Positions 9,897-19,300 of a stretch of DNA of 64,000 bases are shown one piece after another (within the stretch, counting starts at the first letter, position 1; every line of letters starts with the position of its first letter). Both the position numbers and the translations under genes were made by a program. The stretch is from Bradyrhizobiaceae bacterium (lineage in GTDB: Bacteria; Bacteroidota; Ignavibacteria; Kapaibacteriales; Kapaibacteriaceae): the NCBI GenBank assembly GCA_024103135.1, contig JAGFIZ010000062.1, forward strand, positions 24,321 through 88,320, written 5' to 3'. The notes beneath the pieces are model-generated. The model was not told where the DNA came from and made no database searches. It saw only the letters and a program-made list of their open reading frames with translations.

Positions 9897-11501
9897 TTAT
9901 CGCACAACGACCATGGGTTGAACTAAACGCAAACCATTGGCGAGCAGTTGCACCATGTATGTTCCGCTAGGCAGACCTGTGCTGGACAGTGGTATGGTGT
10001 ATTGATTCGGTCCCTGGTGTTCGTTGACTAGGGTTTGTACGTGGAAGCCCAGATTGTCAAAAACCTCGATCTTGACCGATGTCTCAGTCGTGAGTGTGTA
10101 CTGAATGCGTGCTTCACCTCTTACCGGATTCGGTGCGACTGGCATGAAGCGCACACCGCTGGCAACCTCATCGGACTGAACACTGGTGTTGCTACCCTTG
10201 ATAACCTTCACCTGTGAAAACTCTTCACCGAGAATCGACTTGATTAACTCGGGGTCTGCACCAAACCACTGTGATAGTACTGACGCATACACCTGCCGGA
10301 AGTCAAACTGCATCTTAAGATTACCGTTGTCCAAATCCTTCAGATCTGGTGAGTGACCTGTAATGCCATTCTGCACTGGCGTGCCTAGTACGAACATCGG
10401 AGCTGCTGTCCCGTGGTCCGTACCATAACTAAGATTCGATGTCGGCCGACGTCCGAACTCTGAGAAACTCATGGTGACCACTCTATCATCAACCTTTAGT
10501 GCTGCAAGGTCGTTCTGAAATGCCAACAAGGCATCGCTGAGTTGTTGCAACAACGTCGCGTGATCGCCAGTGGTAGGTGCACCTTCGACGGTTTGACCGG
10601 AATGTGTGTCGTAACCCTTCTGCTGCACGACGTACACGCGAGTTTTCAAGCCCCCTGCAATCAATCTGGCAACAATCTTTAACTGCTCGGCTAGATCATT
10701 GTCGGCTGGGTAGGGGGCTATGTTTTGCGCTTTGTCGGCTGCCGTATTGATCACGCCACTGTACTCAAGACTTTTTGATTGGACGTCTCGTACAAACTCT
10801 ACATTACCAGCGGCATACTCAGTGTCAGGCAGATCACCTGTTGGTACATCGGTACCGTTGACGAGGTTGTAAAATGTTTCAGGATCCTGCAATGCCATGC
10901 CCATGCTTTGTCCGCTTACACCGATTAGCGTAAGCCCAACCACTGCAGTCATCTGTATGGCAATAGGATCAGGCATCGTAGCACTAGGGTAGCCCTCTGG
11001 ATAGCCAGGAAACTGGTTGTTGAGATACCTACCGATCCAGCCCGTCGACCAGTTAACATCGGAGGAAGAACCACTCATCCAGATATCGCTCGACCTGAAG
11101 TGCGAGAGATTCGGATTTGGATAGGTAACGCCTTGAATGATACCAACGAGGTTGTTCGTGTAGAGCTCCTTGAGTCCACCCATCGATGGATGCAACCCTG
11201 CGCCACTTGAGAGTGAGAGAACCTGGTTCTCTGGAATGGCGATGTTGGATCTGAGCGAATTGTAGGTGCTGTACTGGTCCAAGGGGATGACGGTGTTTAG
11301 TCCGTCATTCCCACCACTGAGTTGCACAAGTACTAACACTCTGTCGGCTTCAGACTGCGTGTTAAAGAGCTCACCAAGCACGGGACCATCGAAAGCCTTT
11401 AGCGGAATCCCGTTCAGGAGTATGGGCAGTGTGACGGCACCAGTGGTTCGAGTAAGGAATTGTCGTCTGCTTAATCCGCTCTGTGATAGTTGATTTTTCA
11501 T
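9897..11501 (-). CDS. DUF1501 family protein (sulfatase-like fold) with twin-arginine signal and T9SS-type C-terminal domain
   Basis: N-terminal SRRQFLTRTTGAVTLP is a Tat-like motif. The body matches DUF1501 architecture and sits next to a DUF1800 gene, the canonical pairing. The C-terminal ~80 aa (APNPVRGEARIQYTL...VKIEVFDNLGFHVQTLV...LPSGTYMVQLLANG) fit the TIGR04183/Por_Secre_tail pattern. Confidence 0.8.
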   Translation of the reverse strand: MKNQLSQSGLSRRQFLTRTTGAVTLPILLNGIPLKAFDGPVLGELFNTQSEADRVLVLVQLSGGNDGLNTVIPLDQYSTYNSLRSNIAIPENQVLSLSSGAGLHPSMGGLKELYTNNLVGIIQGVTYPNPNLSHFRSSDIWMSGSSSDVNWSTGWIGRYLNNQFPGYPEGYPSATMPDPIAIQMTAVVGLTLIGVSGQSMGMALQDPETFYNLVNGTDVPTGDLPDTEYAAGNVEFVRDVQSKSLEYSGVINTAADKAQNIAPYPADNDLAEQLKIVARLIAGGLKTRVYVVQQKGYDTHSGQTVEGAPTTGDHATLLQQLSDALLAFQNDLAALKVDDRVVTMSFSEFGRRPTSNLSYGTDHGTAAPMFVLGTPVQNGITGHSPDLKDLDNGNLKMQFDFRQVYASVLSQWFGADPELIKSILGEEFSQVKVIKGSNTSVQSDEVASGVRFMPVAPNPVRGEARIQYTLTTETSVKIEVFDNLGFHVQTLVNEHQGPNQYTIPLSSTGLPSGTYMVQLLANGLRLVQPMVVVR

Positions 11502-11514
11502 TGTGGTCTCCTAG

Positions 11515-13113
11515 TTAAAAGAGTTGGAACTCCGCCATGCGGAAGAGGTAGGAGAAGAGTCTGTCCAGACTCGTGCGGACCTTGTTGGTGTTGTCCTTGT
11601 TGGGATCTGACACATACTGTCCCCACACATTAGCCCATTCGTACGACCTTCCGCCATCCATCAGAACATCTTCGGCTAGTCTGGTCGTTGTCGACTCCGT
11701 GAATGGAATAGCAAAGAACAATTCATTGAGTTCCGCAATCAAGAGCAGGGCGTCGTCCGGATGATCCAAGGTTTTAACAAACTCGACAGAGTCCAGCGCA
11801 TACTGTCCGCCATTCGGTGTACGTATGAGTTTCATCAGCGAGTCCGTGAATCCATTGCGCTGCGGAAGTGTTGCAGTTGACAACCATTCACGATAGAATC
11901 CAGGCACCTGATAATAGGCTGTCCACCCAGCCACGCTTGGTGGCTCGAGTAAGCTCATCTGCTGGGCTGCCATGCTTGTCGAGAACGAGATCAGATATCG
12001 GAAGCGCAGATTGAATTCGCTGGTGGTTGGTATCTGGAATGTGGTAAGTGCCCTTAGGATACCTATCACGAGATCTGCTGGTGATCGAAGCTGTGCACCG
12101 ATCAACTTCACATCGAAGAAGTGTTGTGAGGATAGCAGCTTGATAAGAACGGGTCCGACATTCCAGTCAGTCGCTAGCTGACTTGCCAGTGGAAGCACAA
12201 CGTTCTCGCGGACGACATCGGTCACATCGCTATTCACAAACCAACGGTACAACTTGGCCACGATGTATTCGCTTGTGGCTGGTTGCTTAAGTATCATGGA
12301 CACGAGTTCGTCCAGTTCTACACTGCCGGCATTTGCATCGGATCTGCCCTTGATTACCGTGTTCTGGTAGCGGTGCGAAAATGTCTTGTCGGAAGTATCG
12401 TGCTGTCTGGACTGAAACACCGTTTGCTTGGTAGTCCTATCCACACGCCACCCTGTGAGCACCTTGGCTGCAGCCTGCACATCCTGCTCTGTGTAGTTGG
12501 TGTAATCGCCTTCGCCTGCTTCGGGTCCCTTGCCAATGGTGAACAGCTCTTGCAGCTCTCGTGCATAGTTCTCGTTGGGGTTACCGGCAGTATTGGTGTT
12601 GCCGTTGAGGTAGATGAGCATGGCTTCTTCGATCGTGATCTGCTTGACCATGTCGCGGAAACTGCCAAGGCCATGCTCTCTGAGGTACGACATCATTTTG
12701 TAGGTGTATACGGCGTTGCGGACGATGCTGCCTTCGGTTGCAAAGTGATTCATCCAGAACAGCGTAAGCTTCTCTCTGATGCTTGGTTCTTCCTGAACCA
12801 TGATGCCAACCAACCAGGCCCTGGTACCTTGATAGTAGTAGTTCGCGCCGTTGCTTGGATCGTAGTTATCACCACTGGTCCACGATACTCCACTTGTCTG
12901 ATCTACCGGGGGCTCAGGCAACGGTCTCGCCGCGAACAGCTTGGTAATGGTGGTCTGTAATCCGTCGGCAACTGCCTGATTCAGCTGCGCTTTTGATGCA
13001 CCAAAGCATGCTCTGCGCAATAAGTGCGCCGCCTCTCTCGACGTCCACTGTCCACCGTATGGTTCTAGCCAGGACATAATCACTCCTCTGAATTTGACGC
13101 CCCCTGTCGGCAT
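11515..13113 (-). CDS. DUF1800 family protein
   Basis: AAHLLRRACFGAS motif typical of DUF1800. Length ~530 aa. Lies immediately upstream of the DUF1501 gene with a 13-bp gap. The true start may be the internal MSWLEPY. Confidence 0.8.
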   Translation of the reverse strand: MPTGGVKFRGVIMSWLEPYGGQWTSREAAHLLRRACFGASKAQLNQAVADGLQTTITKLFAARPLPEPPVDQTSGVSWTSGDNYDPSNGANYYYQGTRAWLVGIMVQEEPSIREKLTLFWMNHFATEGSIVRNAVYTYKMMSYLREHGLGSFRDMVKQITIEEAMLIYLNGNTNTAGNPNENYARELQELFTIGKGPEAGEGDYTNYTEQDVQAAAKVLTGWRVDRTTKQTVFQSRQHDTSDKTFSHRYQNTVIKGRSDANAGSVELDELVSMILKQPATSEYIVAKLYRWFVNSDVTDVVRENVVLPLASQLATDWNVGPVLIKLLSSQHFFDVKLIGAQLRSPADLVIGILRALTTFQIPTTSEFNLRFRYLISFSTSMAAQQMSLLEPPSVAGWTAYYQVPGFYREWLSTATLPQRNGFTDSLMKLIRTPNGGQYALDSVEFVKTLDHPDDALLLIAELNELFFAIPFTESTTTRLAEDVLMDGGRSYEWANVWGQYVSDPNKDNTNKVRTSLDRLFSYLFRMAEFQLF

Positions 13114-13301
13114 GTACCGAGTATGGGTTTAATGTTCGGAACACAGTATCCCATGTTCTAAGGGTTCGTTACAGACTGCTGACCAGATTGCTCGGCTGTT
13201 TTCGTTCCTTGAATTTTTTTAAACCATGCTGCCATCATAACTAGTGTTTGTGTAAGTTATCGTCGTTCCTGAAGGGGGGACACACCATACAAAGGCAAGC
13301 C

Positions 13302-16300
13302 ATGCGACCTGTTGGCTTTGTTCTTCTTGCCTTTTTGTTTGCGGTTGTAGCAACATTGTCACAGCCCTTGCAGCTTACGCTCCAAATACAGCCGAACCCA
13401 TCTCCATACCTGAGCGACTGGCAAACACGTAAAGAAACGGCGTTTCTCTCCGTTACCAATGCTTCGACTTCAACGCAGCTGGTTCGCGTCGACGCTCGTG
13501 TTTTCAAGGGTGCACCGTCAGGCAATCCGATTGCGAATACAAAAACGCAACAGATGCCAATACTTCAGATAGATCCTGGTGTGGTGGTGTTTGACGCGGC
13601 GGATATCTTTCCTGCCGATGCTGTGCAGTTTCAGGATGGCGTCGATGCAGACGCTACGCGAACGGGACGAATCCCTGCTGGCAACTATACGTTGTGCGTA
13701 ACACTCGTCAATGCCGAGAATGTCATGCAACCGTTGAGTCAGCAACGCTGTGCAGGATTCAACGTCCAGCACGTTCTACCTCCACAACTGCTCTACCCCG
13801 TTAATGGTACGGTGGTAACAACTGAACAGGTGCGATTACTGGTGTTTCGGTGGAGTAGAGAAACGCCACCGGTTCCTGGCTCAAGCACAGAGTTCGTGCT
13901 CACTGAACGTTATGCAAATCAGACTGCATGGCAAGCACTCTCTGCAAACCCACCGGTCTACCAACAACACGTGCAGGAGGGACTTACCCAACTGCAATGG
14001 CCGCCCGACGTGATGCTGCCTGGCGATCGCGAGTATGTGTGGAGTGTTCGTGTCGTACACGATGGTACTCTTACGGAACAAGAATTTGTTGACCCGTTTA
14101 CACTGAAAGTTGAGAACGAAGGCCCGACGGACCCTTGCACAAAGAATACGTCGCTGTCGCTTGAATGCAAGAACACCAATTTTCTTGTCGGCACACCAGT
14201 AACACTTATTCCCATTTTCGATGGCAGCACGGAGTGTATTCGAGCCGTGAACTGGAAAGCAGTCTTTGTAGGTGAGCAGACAGAGACGGAAGTACTCACC
14301 TCTTCCATCACCGATCCTACAACGCCTGAGGCTTTCGCCGAATCGTTTACGTTTACGCCTGATCAACCAGGCAGGTATGTGATTACATGCTCTGCAAGCA
14401 CCGTAAATGCTTTATCTCGCACTACAGAGACGAGAGTGAATGCATCCTACACTGTTGATGTCAAGGGCAGTGGACAGTCACCAACGAGTACCCCATGTCA
14501 GCTCTCCATTCTGTATCCCGAGTTGCCTTGTACGGGTACGATGCACGACTATCACACCGATGGTTCTATTGAGGTTCGGTATCTGGTTGCAGGATCATTC
14601 ACCACACTCAACATCGAGATCTACGAAAACCCCTGTGGGACGTACGATCCACCATACAAGCCCGAGAATCCTGAATCGCCGACAACAACGTCAAGACCGA
14701 TTACACAGGGCTATAAGAAGACAGCTACACTTCCCTGCCCTACAACGCCTGGACCTAGCTCACTTCGCGTCCCCATCTCCGACCTCATCAAACCTGGTGG
14801 TGCCTATATCGTCGGCCTCACGGGTACATGCGTCGAGACAAATCAGGACGGTAGTACGTCAACCTCATTCGTACAAGCAACAGAGTCGTGCTGGCGTTAC
14901 CGACCTCTAACTACTGCTGCAGTCATTACGGAGCACGAAAGAGACGGATCTGCTACAGATACACGTGAAACAAAACCGCGGGATGGTCCACCAACCGACG
15001 AACCACCTGTCCCCACGCCAGAAATTCCATGTGATTCAATTCCACCTACCATTACCAACTGTGGTCCCACACAGGCAACCGATCCGGCAACGCCGATCTA
15101 CGCCACGCTGGAGCTGAAAGACGCTGCAACCTATCCCTACCCTCGCGCCACACCGCTCCGCGTCAATGCCATCGATTATGACTATGCCATCTTCCAATGT
15201 ACTGGTTGTTATGGCGGCATGGCCGAAAAGAAGATTCCTGTACGTGACGACATCGGCGACATCTCGTGGAAGCTGTACGGCAAGGGTTCACTAAACAAGC
15301 CGTTTGATGCATCGCGCATTCAATCGATCGATGCCGACATTGCTGCGTTGATAAAACGTCTCGCCGAGATAATTGATAGCATCGCTCTCACCACCAAAGA
15401 AAAGGCCGATGCACTAGACAATCTCTATGCAGCCCAAAAAGATGCTGCAAAAGCAGTCGAAGGTCAGAAAACATTGCTGAAGGGGGCTAAGGATTCGCTG
15501 AGCAAGGTAACAGCTGAGCTTGTTGGACTGAGAGGTCGACTTGACAGTCTTGCCACGACCTTGGATAGTCTCGCATCGCGATATGCAGTACTGAGCGATA
15601 CGATCGTCATGCATCAGGATTCGATTGCTCGTCTGGATAGTCTGCTCACTAGCCCGCCGACGGCAGAAGAGGTTGCGCTGCTCAGCAAGGTAGATGCCTC
15701 AATGAAGGCTCTTGCACTGGCAGAATCAGAGCTGCGCGACCTTCAGATTACCATTGCAAGTACTACTGAATCATTACAGAAAGCAATTCGTGATGCGGAC
15801 AAGGCACTCTCTGCAGCACAATTGATGTACTCAAATGCGCAGAATACGGCGGGGAAAGGCACTCGAAAGATTGCCGACTTGCAGGCTTCGCTCTATGGTA
15901 CTGCTGCATTGCGCGACTATCGACAAAGCCGACGCGATGTTCAACGATCGGTATCTGTGTTCACTGCTGCGTACAGCGCAGCCTCACACGTTGTACCAAT
16001 CACATCGCTTGTTTCAACCATGTTGGATGATGTGCACCTGGCTCTGGAATCGACTCCAGCTGGACCACGTGCCACGGCTGCTAAACATCTGGATTCGACA
16101 AAGAGCCTTGTCGTTGGTCTTCTGTCCTCGGCATGTTCTAGTATCGCTGATTCATCAACACGGTTCTCCTGCCTTGACTTCGTCGTTGATTTTGTCGCAA
16201 CACTTGATCGATACAGCGTAGATGCGAAGTACTGCTTACTGCATGGCGAGATACTGAAGAAGGGACTCGACCTAAAGATTAAAGCAGCACAAGCCGATCT

Positions 16301-19300
16301 TTCATCAAAAGAGTCAGGTCTGGAAGCAGCTGCTTCGGCTGTAGTTGCTGCGCAAACGGCCCATGCAGCTGCTCTGGATACCTACATTTCAACGATCCGC
16401 ACGCTGGACGATAAGCGTGCTGCAGTGGTAACGGACATCGACGCTAAGCGGGCAGAACACACACAAGCACAACGAGAGTATCAAACGGTAAAGGACTCTC
16501 GCGATTCAGCATTTGAGGTTCAACAGCCCATTCTGCTGGCAGGTCGATCCGAGTTCGCCCGAGCAAGAGACAGTGCACGCAGGGAAGTAGACTCCTTGGC
16601 CCTTCGTGCACAAGTGAGCAGGTCAGACAGCATTGATGTTCTCGTGCAAGTGACGCAGCTCGCAGCCGACAGTACAAGACAGGCTGATAGCATTGCTAGT
16701 ATAGAGAAAGAGATAGCTCGACTAAATGCTATCATCGACACAAAGGATGAAAAGATCGCAAAGCCATTCGACGATAGGCTGGCCCGGCTTAGAGCAGATA
16801 GCGCTGATATTGAAGACAAACTCAAGAAACTCCGTGCTGACCGTGAATCAGCAGCTGGTGGATCCAAGTCTGCTGCGGGTGAGTTTGCCTATTACATCCC
16901 TCCACCTCTCGAAGAGATTATGACGGAGTCCTCCAAGAAGCGCTTTGACGAGCTTAAGGACAGCATTGCTGTGGCTGAAGGCAACCTAGCAGCAGCACTT
17001 GCAAAAAAGGAAAGTCTCCAGGGAACCTTGGCACGCATGATCGAGGATATTGCTAACGGTTTGGCTGAGATCAAACAGCTAGAGTATCAGAAGGATGAAG
17101 CTGCGGCAAAGCTCAAGGAAGTTGATGGTGACCTGGCTGATCTGAAGAACGACCTCGCAAAAGGTTTTCGTGAAGAGTACGATGGATTAACAGACGAAAT
17201 CACTCAGGCGGGAAGGGATGCCACATCAGCAGATGCTGCCTACGTTCAAGCTGTAGCCGACGCCAGCAGCAAGACCAAGATTGCCGATGCGATAAAGGCA
17301 GAACTCGATGCAGCCCGGATGGAGTTGCTGCCGAAACAGGTTCTACTTTCTGATGCCATCGACGAGTACAAGAAGAAGAAGTCCACGTTGAACGACAGAG
17401 CTGTAGACATTGCCAAGGAACAGAATACACTCAACAGTCATCGCAAAGAATTGCGCTCTGCCAACCGCGAAAGCAAGCGTGCCGATGATCGTACACGAAG
17501 AGCAATAGCCCGGGAGAACACGGCAGCAGAAACTGCAGGGAGAGCATCGCAGAGTGCTGCAAAGAGTAAGGTCAAGTCAACCGAGACATTAATCACTACG
17601 AACAAGTCTATCATCGAAGCACTGGGTGCTTCGTATGCAACCGATCTTACTGCAATGCTGGCTGAGGACAAGAAGGTCTCTGATGCTTTCGACGAGTGGC
17701 TAAAGGTGTACAACAAGATGACGCTGAAGAAAAGCGACTACACCGATGCCGTCCTGCAGCTGCAAGTAGCCCGTCAGCAAATGGAACACTATCGCGGACT
17801 GCGCGATCGAGCAGAAGCACGACAGGAACTTGCAACAACCAAACAAGAAGAGATTGACCACCCAGACAGCTCGGTTGATAACAGCGGGGACGTAGCTGCC
17901 AAGCAAGAGGAACGTGAAGCGCTCCAGAACCAAGTTGACGAAGCAACACAACGCATTGATGAAATTAAGAGCGATATCGCTGATGCCGTCAACTCCAAAG
18001 ACAAACTCATTGACGATGCCCGCAAAGGAGTCGATGATGCCAGGGGTAAACTCGACGAAGCAAATGCAAATCTGAGGAGCTTTATCAAAGCTGAGTTCGA
18101 AAAACCCATCCATATCGATACCATAGAAATCACCGTTCATGACAAGGTCGTTGATGGCTGGCGTTCACGCGACAAAGAGAAGGTGTTCATCTGTCACATT
18201 CGATACGACGGTAAACGCGTTCCCGAACTTCTATGTGATCCATTTGCACCAGTTGCACCGAGCGTGGTAACCACCGATGGACCATGCGTCCCAGTTGTCA
18301 GTACTGACGTCGGAGCAGAGATCACCTCGTCTGCTCCCGTTCTGGAGCGACTCGAGCCACGAACCATTGCATTACTCTACAAGAACGGTAAGCCGCTTTG
18401 GAAGGAATGGCCGGTGATTGAAGAACCGAAACTCCTGTCGAAAGACGTTGTCGTCGTTAACGGTGTGGCTGGTGATGCCGACATGTTTATTCACGCCTGT
18501 GCTCCACAAGTTCCAAAATGTGTACCTCCCGCGCCGCTCAAATCACCCGTAGTCGACCTTGCATCGCGTGAGTGGTCTGGCGATGGAACCTTCCGCCACA
18601 TTCTCGATCGCTCTCCACGCGTGCTATGGGAACCAATGGAAGTCACGCCCGGCGTCTGCAAGAAGAAGCAACTCACCAAGGCAGAGTACCGAGCGGAAGA
18701 GATCCATGGTGATGTAAAGGTCTCTACGCGAACACTTCACGAAGTACACCCAGGTGTGCTTGTGGAGGTTACTGACAGTCTCGTTGGTTGGCCAGACCAT
18801 ACTGACACCGTTGTTGCACGTATCGTCATGGGCAATCACAAGGGGCTGGCAGGAGAAGAAATTGTCTGCATACCCAAACTCGAAGTTGGTTCCTCTGAAG
18901 ATTGGAGCCTCGACGGCAAACAGGAAAAAGCAATCAGGTACACCGATGCCGATGGCTATGTGAAGTTCCCATTCAAGTTTGGAAAGGGATTTGCAAAATG
19001 GTCAATCATGGTGCGTTGGGTAAGAGGCGATACATGTGAACGCAGAACCCTACCGATTATCTCGCCCCTTAACCTCAAGTTCCACAGCTTCAAGAAGAAT
19101 GCTCCTACACTTGCTTGGGACAATGCTGTTAAGATTTGGGAGGGGGCTGATGTAAACGCAACTGTCGACGCGATGACGGATGTTACCGAGGACAACAATC
19201 CATACGGTAAGATGGTTCATGGCATTGCTGGTTTCCTTGACGAGAACAAGGAGTTCGTCAACGATCAGACGATGCACTTCAAACCCGTAAAGCCAAAGTT

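Noticed and set aside
12283-12960. Plus-strand 225-aa ORF
   Set aside because: It is antisense to the DUF1800 gene, whose translation carries the family hallmark motif. The composition is Cys/Val/Gly-rich.
13881-14366. Minus-strand ORFs inside the 5' part of the giant gene
   Set aside because: The overlapping giant ORF is uninterrupted for 8.4 kb and carries a signal peptide. These are out-of-frame artefacts.
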